Assembly (NCBI GenBank): GCA_951406725.2
Contig: OX597836.1
Span: 10,230,001-10,294,000 of the forward strand
From: Octopus vulgaris
Taxonomy: Eukaryota
Reading direction: 5' to 3'
DNA length: 64,000 nucleotides
Shown here piece after piece: positions 41,761-58,175 of this stretch. The notes beneath the pieces were generated by a model. It made no database searches. It saw only the letters and a program-made list of their open reading frames with translations, and was not told the DNA's origin. A program made the translations under genes and the position numbers. The first letter of the stretch is position 1, and every line of letters begins with the position of its first letter.

Positions 41761-42047
41761 TATTTATTATTATATATTTATTTATTTTCTTGTATAAGCT
41801 CGGGGGTCGATAAGGGGTCAAGGATTCCATGAAGGGGTCAATAGTCTAAAAAATTTGGGGATCCCTGTTCTATCTATCTGTATGTATGTATCTATGTATC
41901 TATGTAAATATATATATGTGTGTGTGTGTATGTATACACACACACACACACTCAAGTACACCTAGGAGTACATGGATATTTATAGAATAACACATACACG
42001 CACACACACACTGTCTATGTATATTTAAACACACATATAGATACATA

Positions 42048-42190
<143 letters not shown>

Positions 42191-42240
42191 GTATATATAT
42201 ATATACATACATACATACATATATACACATTCAAACAACA

Positions 42241-42271
<31 letters not shown>

Positions 42272-42482
42272 CGTCTATCTATCTGTCTGTCATGCATTTA
42301 TGCATACCTATGTATAAAATGTTGCGGTATGGCCTTGACACGCAGGCACATAAACAGAAACACGCACACACACGCACACACACACACACACAAACACGTG
42401 CACTAATACATTTCGTGATATCCACTTTCATGAAGCAAGACTTCCTCACACGTACAACTTAATTTACATAAGCAGGTAAGCA

Positions 42483-42517
<35 letters not shown>

Positions 42518-42789
42518 CTATACGCACCGCAGACACGCGTACGTGCACACAACGCGCGCGCACACATACATGCAAGTTCATGTATATACACAAACTCATA
42601 CACACACACACATACATTCACAGACTACACACTCAACAAATATGAAAAAAACACACTGTATAAAGAATAAATCTATATATACCCTTGATTATACATCTAT
42701 AGCTTCAGGTGGAGATCACACACACACACGCGCATACACGCACACACGCACACACATACACACGCACATTCGTTGGTGCATGCACGCTG

Positions 42790-42825
<36 letters not shown>

Positions 42826-43117
42826 GCATAAATGAACGAACCTATACACATACACACACATGAGAGCGCGCATATACACGCTGACAAAGAGATGTATATA
42901 TAACGCACAGATATCTACATGCACACACCGACTCACACATACACTGACATACACACACATATACACACACATACACATACATACATGCATACTGACATAC
43001 ATTCACGTATATACGTACGTACGCACATGCATACACATACATACACACATACGTACATACATACATACATACATACGTACATACATACGTACATACATAC
43101 ATACATACACACATACG

Positions 43118-43149
<32 letters not shown>

Positions 43150-43341
43150 CATACATACATACATACATACACACATACATAAATACATAAATACATACAT
43201 ACATACATACAAACATACACACACACATACATACATACATACATATATAATACATACATACATAAATACATACAAACATACACACACACATACATACATA
43301 CATACATACGTACATACATACATACATACACACATACGTAC

Positions 43342-43374
<33 letters not shown>

Positions 43375-44409
43375 CATACATACATACATACATACATACA
43401 TACACACATACATACATAGTGCATGCACACACAAGTACATACACACACACACATTGATCCATATACACACTGGTGCATGCACGCAATCGCATATATATAT
43501 ACACACACACAAATGAATATATCGTATAGATACACCCACGCATACACATACACATGTTAGTGCGCGCATACACACCGACATAGACAAGCACACACATGCA
43601 CACTCATACACACACGCACACATACATATACGGATGAGGGCGAACACACTAGCAAAAATATATGCGTTCGTAGCACTGACACACATATACACACATACAC
43701 AGACAAATATTCATACACACACACACACACATATACCAACCTACATGTAGATATGAAAGCGAGCCTACACATACGCACTATCACAACCATGCATACATAC
43801 CTTCCCCCCACACACATAGAAAAAAACCCACACACATAGAACCCCCCCACACACACACACACATACATAGTACCTCACACACACACATAGTAAATCCCCA
43901 CATACACATAGTAACCCCACACACTCACATACACTGACATACACAATCACACATACATTTACATACACATACACACACACATAGTACCCCCACACACTCA
44001 CATACACTGACATACACTTACACACACTCACACATACATTTACACACACATACGCATACACACATGCACACACACACATGTATATATATATATGTATATA
44101 TATACACATGCATACGCATACACACACACATAGTACCCCATACACACTCATAGTACCCCACAACACTCACACATACTTACACACACTCACAAATACATTT
44201 ACACACACATACGCATACACACATGCACACACATGTATATATACACACACATGCATAAACATACACACACATAGTACCCCCCACACACTCACGTACACTG
44301 GCACACACATACATTTACACACACATACGCATACCCACATGCACACACATGTATATATACACACACATATATGCACACACATGCATACGCATACACACAC
44401 ACATCGCAT

Positions 44410-44557
44410 ATATATGTGGAGGGAGGGAGGGAGGTGAGCAGATGGACAAGCAAGTGTGATGATCGAAATAGCAACAAAAGAAACGGACAAAGGGAGGAGA
44501 AACGAAGAGAGCCCGGCTTATAATAGCATCATCATCCAGTGTATTAAAATAATATAG

Positions 44558-44590
<33 letters not shown>

Positions 44591-44705
44591 CACCCCAGAA
44601 GAAGATAGCTTCATCCAGAGCGCAGTGGGGACGGAGGGTGTCGGAGGGTGTCGGAAGCAAAAAGCGAGAGAGAGCAAAACGTCACAGATGAGTTGTGAGT
44701 TCAGA

Positions 44706-44782
<77 letters not shown>

Positions 44783-44839
44783 TACGCTTGTCACGGCAGC
44801 AACATCCCATAACAATAGACCGGTGGTATTTTGGAGAGA

Positions 44840-44884
<45 letters not shown>

Positions 44885-45083
44885 AAAGAAAGAAAGGAAG
44901 AAAGAAAGCAAATGACACTTCGTTTCAAGATCCTCTCCCAAAAAAAAAACAAAAACAAACAAAACCCCCCCAAAAAATAACAGATACACATACAGAAATA
45001 CAAACACACATAGACATACCTAGACATATATACACATACACATATACATAAATACATACACGCACTCATCTACCTCTGTCTCT

Positions 45084-45144
<61 letters not shown>

Positions 45145-46201
45145 GTTTGAATGTATGCAAGCACATACATATATATACATATGTACACAACAAACGGGCA
45201 CGCACGGAGTTGCTGTGTTTGTCTCCCGAGGTACTTAACACTTTGATTGTTTACTGTGAAATTTCTCGCGTCTTCTTTTGGAAAACACTTAAATATATAT
45301 ATAGATATATATTGATAGATAGATAGATATTGTTTGCTTTTAGTTTTTTCTTGTACTTTTCCTTTTTGTGTGCCGTGTTTGTTTTTTTGTAATATTTTAT
45401 TCTGTCTCTTTCCTTTCGTTTCTGTTGTTGAATTCTCGAAAAAAAAAAAGAAAAAGAAAAGAAAAAGAGGAGAGGAAAAGGAGAAAAGTACATTCATACG
45501 TTTATTGGACAATATCCGTGGAATTTTTTTTTTTTTATTAAAACAAATTCCTAAAAGTTGGAGGAATAATCTCATTCAAATGCTACCAGGAACCAAATTT
45601 TTTACAAAGTGCACAGAGCAACAAGCACCAAACAGCAAACGAGAGGTAATAAAGACAGAAAGAAGGAAATGTTTTCATTGTTAAAAAGAAACAATAACAC
45701 CACCACCACCACCACCACCACCACCACCGCCATCACCACCACCATCACCATTACCACCCCCACTACCAACACCAATAACAACAAAGAGGCCCGAATATTT
45801 ACCAGTCAGAAGAAGCAAGGACGCAGCATGTGAAGTCTGGCTTTATACAGCTTTGAAAAAACAAAACAATACAAGCTAACATTGATATTGAGAATAAATT
45901 GCTCAGCCTATCCGGGTTTTACTCATCTTAGGATATTTATCACACGGAAGGATATTTATCACACAGAAGGATATTTATCACGCAGTACATTGGAGGGATC
46001 TTCACTTTATTCATTTTCAAAAGAGAAACAAAGAGAGATAGGAATCCATCCATCCCCCTCAGCATCTACGTAACATTATAACATTTTCATGCAATTTCTG
46101 GATGATTGCGCATTCAATTTTGAATGCTGAGCCGTGGTTCGGTCTGAATGGCATTGCCCAGTGATCAAATCTTGTGGAAGTTTTAAAGCCATGTGCCTAC
46201 C
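44410..46201 (+). promoter_or_regulatory. Putative promoter / long 5' UTR region of the downstream gene
   Basis: TE-free, GA-repeat-rich unique sequence directly upstream of a signal-peptide exon. The TSS cannot be located from sequence. Confidence 0.35.
45930..45985. repeat. 3 x 19-bp tandem repeat aggatatttatcacacrga
   Basis: Direct inspection. Confidence 0.9.
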
Positions 46202-46388
46202 ATGTGGTGGCCGGTTCTAGTCACCAGTTATTTACACGCCTGGTTCTTATTGGAAAGCGTGGTGTGGACATATGGCGCCGTGGATGTTTCCACCGCAGCT
46301 GGACACACCAACAATGGCATTACGTTGTCTCGAAAAACCAGAAGGACCGGAGACATTTATAGTTCAAAGGAATCCAGGACTAAACGAA
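46202..46388 (+). CDS. Probable first coding exon of a secreted or membrane protein (MWWPVLVTSYLHAWFLLESVVWTYGAVDV...RKTRR...RTKR)
   Basis: accATG context, hydrophobic N-terminus with small residues at a T-Y-G|A cleavage site, 62 codons + 1 nt, then a consensus GTGAGT donor at 46389 (phase 1). Non-repetitive, higher GC. Confidence 0.65.
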
Positions 46389-46987
46389 GTGAGTAACGCC
46401 ATATTTTTATTGTTTGTTGTCGGTGGATATTTTCATGGTATTCTTTCTTGTTATTTGTTACCATATTCCTCATAAAAAAATATTTAAAAAAATATCAGTT
46501 TTCTAAAACCCTTCTTCAACCCGTTTACACTTTAAAGGGCTTGTTTTTCTACAAGGTTTCTAAATATCTCAACGTAGGGTAATGCCCTGTAAGAGTGTGT
46601 TGTTATATTCTTCAACGTGGTCTGTTAATTATGTGTCGAATCACCATCAAACTTTTTATCACTTCCTAGTTTCGCGCTCGTCAGGAAAAATATCATTGAC
46701 AATATTATACATACAGACAATATTATTACCTTTTTTATAATATCACTGGACATTCAATGCTACAACTTAGAATATGACAGCACATAGGATGTAATATTCA
46801 TAGCATATAGTATGGATATTATTATCTTGAAATAATATCCACGATTACTCAACGCAACCACATGTTATAAGATACAGCACATAGCGTGTAATATTCAGGT
46901 TTTAAACGAAAATGTAAAGGAACACAAACACACACTCATATAGACACGAAAATATGCATATGTCTATATATCATTTTATATAATATC

Positions 46988-47029
<42 letters not shown>

Positions 47030-47075
47030 CACACATATATACACATATATACACACATATACACACACATATATA

Positions 47076-47106
<31 letters not shown>

Positions 47107-47110
47107 GTTA

Positions 47111-47161
<51 letters not shown>

Positions 47162-47715
47162 TATACACATACACACATGCACACACACACATACAAACAC
47201 AGACATACACACACATCACGAAAACAAGGAGCTGCGTGTTCGAGTCCCAGGCGTACGCAAACCCTATTTTTTTTTCCCGTCGAGGGCTTATATACCCCCA
47301 ATATTAGACCATTTACTTCAGTCATTACACAGTGATCACTTATAAGCTCTAAGTTACAAAATACTATACGCGTGTTTGTGTGTGTGTGTGTATATAGTCA
47401 AACATTTACATATCAAATCTAATGTATGTTGATGTACTTCTATCTATATATTACACACGAGCACGCGCGTATACACACAGGCCAAACACATACACATTAT
47501 GACAAGGAAATAATTCAGAATTATTTTCGGGTTTGAATTTGATGTATGTTTGTGTGTATCAATGTATGAATCAATGTGTATATTTGTATGTCTCTATGTA
47601 TGTTACTTCATACGTATTTCTGTAGCTATCTATATCTGCATGGATCCGTTTCTGCGTGTGAGCATACCTGTGCACGTGGTATGTGTATGGGAATTATATT
47701 CACATTCATATGGCG

Positions 47716-47763
<48 letters not shown>

Positions 47764-47939
47764 TATGTGTGTTAATATTTAGCTGAAGGGAGCACAGTGA
47801 CTCAGGGTCTGATAGTTGAGTCACACTGTGACTTCTGTTAAATATTAATACAAAACGAGATATACGTATACTCATATTATAAGTTCCAGTTTTGTTGTTA
47901 GCATCAACACACCTTTATATATATATATATGTATGTATA

Positions 47940-47996
<57 letters not shown>

Positions 47997-48050
47997 GTAT
48001 ATGTATATATATGTATGTATATATATATATACGTATGTATATATATGTAT

Positions 48051-48160
<110 letters not shown>

Positions 48161-48213
48161 GTATATATACTGTATATATATATACAAGGATATGTATATA
48201 CATATGTACGTAT

Positions 48214-48245
<32 letters not shown>

Positions 48246-48371
48246 TGTATTTTATATATTTACACACACACACACATGTAAGTATATATGTATGTACGTA
48301 TGTGTGTGTATGCGATAGGTATGCAGAAAACAAGATCATTATACATAATTACATATGCATATGTACATGCG

Positions 48372-48403
<32 letters not shown>

Positions 48404-48503
48404 CACACATATATACATACACACACACACATAAATTCGCGTGCACATGTGTGCATATGTATGCATGTATATGTATGTATTTGTGTTTGCGCGTGTGTGT
48501 GTG

Positions 48504-48534
<31 letters not shown>

Positions 48535-48663
48535 ATGTACATTGTGATATATAGATATATACTTAGCTTTCGGTATATCAAGTACATACATATATATACA
48601 TATATATATACATACATACATACATATATATATATATATGTGTGTGTGTGTATATACGTATAT

Positions 48664-48734
<71 letters not shown>

Positions 48735-48740
48735 TATTTT

Positions 48741-48787
<47 letters not shown>

Positions 48788-49098
48788 CATACATACATAC
48801 ATATATACATACAAACATATATATATCTGAATATCTGCATATATATATATGTGCGTGTGTATAAGTAAGTATATATATTTCTGGAATATTGTTCCAAAAA
48901 CCGTAATCATATAAGCATTATGTGACAAATGTTATATTTGGTATTATGTATCCATTTGTTAGCATATAAATACTGTGCAAGAATTATAGATGTCAAATTT
49001 AGGCATTTGTATAAGTATATATATATATATATATAATGGAACGAAAACGGAATAAGACATTCGGACAGAATTACAAGGACAGGATAAAAAAGATGGTC

Positions 49099-49152
<54 letters not shown>

Positions 49153-49432
49153 CAGGATAAACAAGACGGGTTATATATATATAGGTATATGTATGTATAT
49201 GTGTATATGTATGTATATATATATATATATATATATAAAAAAAATATATACATATATATGTGTGTGTGTGTGTGTGTGTGTTTAATTATAGAGACTTACA
49301 TTGATATCACTTATAGGGATAGTTTTATGAATGAATATATATACACACATACAAGCCTATGATTGTATGTGAACACATGAATGTATATCTAATATATATA
49401 TCTAATATATATATATATATATATATACATAC

Positions 49433-49465
<33 letters not shown>

Positions 49466-49483
49466 GTACATACATATATAAAG

Positions 49484-49581
<98 letters not shown>

Positions 49582-50140
49582 GTGTATGTGTGTGTGTGAA
49601 AGCTTGTTTCATGTACATACATACATACATGCATAATACATAGGTATGTAGGTGTGTATGTATGTGTATAAGTGTGTATGTGTATCAGTTTGTACGTGCG
49701 TGTGTTTATGTGTATGCGCGCGCGGACGTATTATATTTGTTTTATAGTTTCACAACCTCCTAAAACGATGCAGGGAAGGAACATTTGATAGGTACTGGAG
49801 TTGCTAGAAACAACAGCCATATTTCCCTGGAAACGCCATTCTCTTATTTGTTAAAAAGTGATGGGCATATTGGCTTACAGTAGTCTAAAATACACGATGT
49901 TTGCACATTTGATGAAACTTCAAATCACTGGAATCGGGAATTAAAAAGCACCGCCACCATTACTATAACCACCACCACCACCACCACTACCACCTACAAC
50001 AGCAACAGTTGTTGTAACGGCAGTACTAACAACAATAACATACACAAACACACACACGTGTTTATGTATACAATATATATATAGTACACGTGTGTATATT
50101 ATGTGTGTGTATGAAAGTATATATGTAAGTATATATGTAA

Positions 50141-50184
<44 letters not shown>

Positions 50185-50596
50185 CGCAGGCGTGGTTCTG
50201 TGGTTAGTAGCTTGCTTACCAATCACAAGTGTCTTCTGCTATAGCCTCGTGAGTGGATTTGGTAGACGGAAACTGAAAGAAGCCCGTTGTGTGTTTATAT
50301 TTGCCCCATTCCACCGCCATCCCTTGACGTCCAATGTTGGTGTGTCCCCGTGATGTAGCATTTTAGCAAAAAGAGACCGATAGAATAAGTACTAAGCTTA
50401 ACAAAGCATGGCTGCAGTGACATGACTGAAACAATATATATATATATATATACACTTGCCTATACATATCCATATTTATATATTCACACGCATACATATA
50501 TCTGTATCTATTCTGTCTACCTATAATTACTTCAGTTCTTCCGATTAAACTGTATTATTATAAGCATAATTTAAAAACAGTACCTTGTATATCATT

Positions 50597-50986
50597 AGGA
50601 GTGGCTGTGTGGTAAGTAGCTTGTTTACCAACCACATGGTTCCGGGTTCAGTCCCACTGCGTGGCACCCTGGGCAAGTGTGTTCTACTATAGCCTCGGGC
50701 CGACCAAAGCCTTGCGAGTGGATTTGGTAGACGGAAACTGAAAGAAGCCCGTCGTATATATGTATATTATATATATATATGTGTGTGTGTGTTTGGGTGT
50801 CTGTGTTTGTCCCCCTAGCATTGCTTGACAACCGATGCTGGTGTGTTTATGTCTTCGTTACTTAGCGGTTCGGCAAAAGAGACCGATAGAATAAGTACTG
50901 GGCTTACAAAAGAATAAGTCCCGGGGTCGAGTTGCTCGATTAAAGGCGGTGCTCCAGCATGACCGCAGTCAAATGACTGAAACAAG

Positions 50987-50987
<1 letters not shown>
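50597..50987 (+). mobile_element. SINE family A, full length
   Basis: Family consensus match. Confidence 0.9.
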
Positions 50988-51026
<39 letters not shown>

Positions 51027-51523
51027 TCATACACGTACACACATATATATATATATATACACACATGCACACATATATGTACTTATTAGTTTGCGTATAC
51101 ATATATCATATCACAAATCTGTAAATGTATTCTCCAGTTTTATGTGTGTGTTTGAGCGTGTTTGTTTCTGTGTGTGTGTGTAGAAATATAAGGTACTGAA
51201 GAACGCATTTTTAAACAAAAGTTCTTAGTACTGCGACTAATTTGTACGTGAGTTTAACCCCCTCATCAGCGAACGGTATTCATTCATATCCATCCATAAA
51301 AGCGAACAGCAGGTGGTAGTTATTCCTAGTATACAGCAGCCTGAACAGAAGTAAGTCGGTTTGCCCGATTTGCATAATAGTGCATACATACGTACATACA
51401 TATACATACATACATATATAGTAATAATAACAATAATTTTTGGATGGAATATATAAACATATAATGCATCGTAACACGCGTGTCCGGTATTTGCATAGTC
51501 AAAACGTTTCCCGTAAACAAATT

Positions 51524-51608
<85 letters not shown>

Positions 51609-51737
51609 TAAAAAAATACAAACTGGGACAAGAACGCAAAACATTTTGAAGACGATACAAAAAACACGGACGGGACAGTCGAAGCCTTCAATCTTCAGTC
51701 AAGAACCGGATCATCCTCGCAGTTTCGGCTGATTAAT

Positions 51738-51806
<69 letters not shown>

Positions 51807-52077
51807 ATATCGGGATAACTTATCCAGACGGGTACAGTAATAGCTCTCATGTATAATACAGCTTTGTCGGCTAACAGTAGAAAGACCCTGAATAAAAGGT
51901 GCACATCAGGTTATTGTGGGTTCAATGTGCAACTGCACATACAATTTGCAGCAGAAACACCTGTCGGTCAATTTACGCAACTGATTATGCTGTATGACCA
52001 ACTGCAAAATTAAATGGAAAATTCGAAGATGTACCCGACTCCGTATTCTTTGTAATTTATATATATATATATATTCT

Positions 52078-52514
<437 letters not shown>

Positions 52515-52855
52515 GTATATAAAATAAATGAGAGAAAGAGAAAACGGAATTCATACGATTCTTTATTAATCATAGCGATCATTTCGATCACTGGTGCATC
52601 GATCCCTCGCTGGTTATGGTGCACGTTTCGGTGCAGATGTGTGTCGTCAGGTGTCTTTTCGAATAAACTTGGTTTCGCTTAGTTCTATTATATAGTATGT
52701 TGCTATTTTGCCTGTAGGTGGTTGCCTGTAGGCCTTGTAGTTTCGAATGAGATGGAAGATAGGAATGGATACAGTTTATACGTTCAAATATACAGTTAAT
52801 GGGTTTATATATAGTTACTCGTATATACATATATTATATATATATATATATATAT

Positions 52856-52913
52856 ATTCCACTGAAGAGGCAAAGCATTTCTTAAGCTGAGTCAGAAATC
52901 CGGGATCTGGAAT
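52856..52913 (+). ncRNA. Hammerhead ribozyme, canonical core
   Basis: attcca|CTGAAGA|ggc-aaagcatttcttaagctga-gtc a|GAAA|tccggga|TC|tggaat: 6-bp stem I, AUC site. Confidence 0.8.
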
Positions 52914-53182
52914 TATCCAGAAATTTTTTTGCTAGTTTATTTTTGTGTTTTTGTTTTCTATCCTGGTGCTATATGAACTTTTAATGTGGTTTTAGAGTCA
53001 AGTTTTGGCTGCTATTTCTAGCGTGGTGGTATATCTCAAATACCCTAAAATATGATTTTAATAATAATTATTTACCTTTGAAAGGTTTTTATTCCCATGC
53101 TGGCCACTTGATAAGTTCGATATTTAAATATCGATCTTATCCTTATTTATATAATTATACATACATACGTACATATATATAT

Positions 53183-53299
<117 letters not shown>

Positions 53300-53371
53300 T
53301 TTATATATATATATACATATATATATACATATATATTTACATATATATATATACATATATTTATATATGCC

Positions 53372-53622
53372 GGCTCGGTTGTATGGTAAGAAGTTTGCTT
53401 TCTAACAAGATGGTTCCGGTTTCAGTCCCACTGCATGGCACCTTCGGCAAGTGTCTCTAACTGTAGCTTCTTTCAGTTTCCGTCTATCAAATCCACTCGC
53501 AAGACTTTGATCGCCCCGAGGTTATAGTAGAAGACACTTGCCCAAGGTACCACGCAACGAGGCTGAACCCGGAATCATGTGGTTGGGAAGCAGGTTTCTT
53601 ACCAGGGAGCCACGCCTGCGTC
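53372..53622. mobile_element. Two SINE A heads joined in inverted orientation
   Basis: Plus-strand head to ~53468 fused at gcttc to a minus-strand head. Confidence 0.8.
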
Positions 53623-53853
53623 TATATATTATATCATAATATATGTGTGTGTTTGTGTGTGAGTGTGTGTTGGTGTTCATGTGTGAGTATATATGTATAC
53701 AATTTTAATGTATTTCTTGCTGTGTCTTCATACATATCCAGCCTGTATGGTATTTTTAATGGATATTTACGAAATGATACGGTGGGGTGTGCTCTTCGGA
53801 ACTGAATCTCTTCCCTCCTGAGCAATGTGTACGTATGTGTGTATGCATGTTTG

Positions 53854-53896
<43 letters not shown>

Positions 53897-54103
53897 GTGT
53901 GTTTGTATATATATATATATATGTACATATATATATATATGTATATATATATGCATATATATATATATATATATATATCCATACACATACACATATATAT
54001 ACATACACATATATACATGCACACATATTTCTATATATGTGTGTGTGTGTCTGTGTTTATGTGTATATATATATATGTATATATATGTATATGTATGTAT
54101 ATG

Positions 54104-54163
<60 letters not shown>

Positions 54164-55156
54164 CATATATATACATATGCATACACGCACATGTGTACAG
54201 AGAGATAAACAACTGTGTGTATGTAGTACGAATACAAAGATATAAACACTTAAATACACACATATACACTATTAGGCACATTTTAATTGAGGTGTGTGTG
54301 TGTATATTTATCCTATGTTTTATACATTTGTTCGTGCACAGAAACACTGAAACACACACAAGACTAATTATGAATATATATGTGTGTATATATACATATA
54401 TATATATATATGTCTCTGCGCAAGTGTGCGTGTATATGTGGGTATGCGTGTGTGTGCGCGTATGTGTGGGCCTGTTACGTCTCTAGCGGGGAAAGTACAA
54501 ACCCATTTAATAATCATCTGCTAGATTAATTTTAATGCCTCTAACACACACACACACACACACATTTACGCACACACACAGACACACACACACGCACATG
54601 CACACACAGAAGCACGCACGCACGCACGAAGCCACACAGAGACATTCTCTGAATGCTCCATGTTTTTGATGCTTTTCTATGTTTCTGAATTTCATATTCA
54701 AACTTGGTGAACGACGGAACTTCAACTCCTATGTGGCCAGAATAGGAACGGTTATTTAACGGGGGTCTCTGTTGATACACTCATATACATACATATATAC
54801 ATACATACACACATACATACATACATACACATACATACATACATACATACATACATACATACATACATACGTACATACATACATATATACATGCATACGT
54901 ACATACATACATACATACATACATATATACATGCATACGTACATACATACATACATACATACATACATACATACATACATACATACATCATACATACATA
55001 CATACATACATACGTACGAACGTACATACATACATACATACATACATACATACATACATACATACATACATACATACGTACGTACATACATGCATACTTA
55101 CATGAATGTATATATATATATATATATATAGGTATACACACGCATATATATGTATG

Positions 55157-55189
<33 letters not shown>

Positions 55190-55362
55190 GACTGAGTGTA
55201 TTATAATGAGTGTATTATAATTATATATGTATAATATATGTATATATATGTATGTGTGCATATATATATATATATTTACTTACCTACAATATGTATATGT
55301 GTATATATATGTGTGTGTGTGTCCATGATATATATCCACGATTATGGATATATATGTATGTA

Positions 55363-55395
<33 letters not shown>

Positions 55396-55490
55396 GAGTG
55401 ACTGTATTATAATTATATATGTATAATATATGTATATATATTATGCATATATATATATATATATTTACTTACGTACAATATGTATATGTG

Positions 55491-55523
<33 letters not shown>

Positions 55524-55719
55524 CCATGAATATTTGTCCGTCTATGTGTGTGTGCGTGCGCGCGCGCTTGCGTGCGTGTGTATGTATGTGTCCATGTCTG
55601 TGTGTGTATATATATTTGCGAAATTGCGTTTGACCCTCTCTGGTCGATAACTGACGAGAAGCTGGGAATCTTCTGTGACTGTTTTCCGTTCGTCTGTGCA
55701 TTTACTATACGTATTTTGA

Positions 55720-55786
<67 letters not shown>

Positions 55787-57209
55787 TGTCTGTTTTGCTA
55801 GAAAGAGGTAGAAACTGATATCAGTCCGTGATGTATCGTTATTGGTAAATGTTTTTGATTTTCACTCTCGATAAATTTATCCCTTTTTTGTGTCCCTAGC
55901 ACTTGGCATCCTTATTTAGGAACCCTTAATTATATTTCTACATGAATAATATTTTTCTATATGAATAATATTTTGTCTAATGACTAATTCGTCCTTTGTG
56001 CTGGACCACTGGTAGTAATTTATATTATTACCCTTTTGATTATATTCACATATGTATATATATATACATACATGTTATCTATGTATGTATACACACACAC
56101 ATACACACATATTTTTTTCTGTGTATATATATACATATATATGTGTGTGCTTGTATAAAGTAAATGCAGACAGACGGATACACACACACATATAACATAA
56201 GCCATATTGTTGTTAGCAGATGTAATATTCTTATTATTCGAAACCAAAATCTTTTTGGCTTCAGTGCTGCGTGTTTCGTGTTTCCACCCATCAATATATT
56301 GATAAGTGGTAACACGAAACTTCAAGCAACGGCGCCAAGTCGATAGATAGATATGATAGACAGATAGGTAGACAGACAGACAGATAGATAGATAGATAGA
56401 CTGGTTGCTAGATATGGAGTTGTAATGGTTATACATTTAGAAAGAAGGCCAGCACTTTCGGGGAAGGGTCTAAGTCGATTACATCAACCCCAGTGTTCAA
56501 CCAGTATTTATTTTATCGAACCCGAAAGGATGAGAGGCAAAGTCGACCTCGACGAAATTTGAACTCAACTCAGAACGTCGGGGCGGATGAAATGCTTCTA
56601 AGCGTTTCGTACGGTGTGTTAACGATTCTGCCAGCTCACCGCCTCAGATATTCAAACGTATTAAAAGTTAGATAGACAGGTAGATTAATAGGTAGCTAGC
56701 TAGCTAGATTAATATATAGATTGATCGGGAGATAGACAGTTAGACTAGATAAATAGGTAGAGACACAGATATTGATTCGTAAATAGATAAGTAGAGAGAT
56801 TAATAAATAAATAGATAGATAGATTAATAGCAAGGGAGACAGATATAGATTGCCAGACGACAGACTGGAATTTATATCGATATATTGGCAGATAGATATA
56901 GATAGATTGATAGGGAAATAAATAGATGGTTAGATAGGGAGAAAAATTAACAGGTAGCTGGACAGAGGTATAGATGAACAGGTAGATGAAAAGGAAATAA
57001 AAAAGATCAAAGCGACTTCCGAGGTATTGGCTCATGAGAACAGTTTTTCCGGATTCTGTGGCGTGTATAATCCTTACCTGGTCGGGGCGCCGGGACGTCG
57101 CAGCGTTACTCATTTTTGCTAGCTGAGTGGACTGGAGGTATGTGAAATGAAGTGACTTGCTCAAGAACACAATGCAACGTCCGGTTCAGGTTGCTGGACA
57201 TTGGGATCG

Positions 57210-57725
57210 ATTCGTGTGACTGCAATTCTTCAATGTGGTAAACCAGCATGGCCGCAGTTTAATGTTTGAAAGACGGTTAAAAATAAGAATATATCCATCT
57301 ATCCATACACATATACACACGCACATACACACGCATATATCTGTACATGCATATGTATTATACTTACATACATACATATGATAAGGTGTGCTGAAAAGTT
57401 CATGACTTTAAGGGACTCGCGAGAGGCCTGGTTGGAGACCCAATCTTCCGAGTTTTTTTTACGGGGCTTAGAAAAACTGAAAGACCGCTGCAATTAGTGT
57501 GTGAATCTAAGAAGGGGAATATGTTGAACATGTTGAAACATCGGTTGTCAAGCGATGGTGGGTAGGTAGGTGGGGACAAACACAGACACACAAACATATA
57601 CATACATACAATCACAGGGCTTTGGTCGGCCCGAGGCTATAGCAGAAGACACTTGCCCAAGGTTCCACGCAGTGGGACTGAACCCGGAACCATGTGGTTA
57701 GGAAGCAACCTTCTTACCACATAGC
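57210..57725 (-). mobile_element. SINE family A interrupted by a mariner fragment (57384-57530, same family as 10101-10320)
   Basis: gtgctgaaaagttc TIR and a GLEKLKDRC... frame lie inside the SINE. Confidence 0.75.
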
Positions 57726-57888
57726 ATCTATTTAAATTTTCACTTCAAACTATGATACAAATAGAATCAACTCTCCATTTTCTCACCTTTTTATTAACAC
57801 TCATAATAGTCCCTAACATGTTGTGGAGATTTTCTTCTAGTGTGATGGAGAATAAACCAGGAATGATGAGATGACAACTATCTATCTA

Positions 57889-57931
<43 letters not shown>

Positions 57932-57942
57932 TCGCACACACG

Positions 57943-58175
57943 CAGGGTGTGCAGAAAGTCTCTCCGCAGTGAACTTTTTTCATCCTTCGCAACACCATGG
58001 CCCTACTTCAAGAGTTTTTCGGGGAACGGATTATTTCGAAGGGACTTTGGCCTCCAAAATCACCTGATTTAACACCGCCAGACTTTTATTTCTGGGGAGC
58101 AAGTAAAGGATCAGTGTACAAGAATCGTCCGAAAAACCATTAAATACTTTACTGCGTAGTGACTTTTTGATGAAC

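Noticed and set aside
51230-51275. Minus-strand CTGATGA with a short hairpin (similar cases at 55651-55675 and 47783-47835)
   Set aside because: The GAAA half of the core is missing, so these cannot be called hammerheads.
52618-52656. Minus-strand CTGACGA...GAAAcg motif
   Set aside because: No stem I or stem II pairing and no proper UH site. At best a dead relic.
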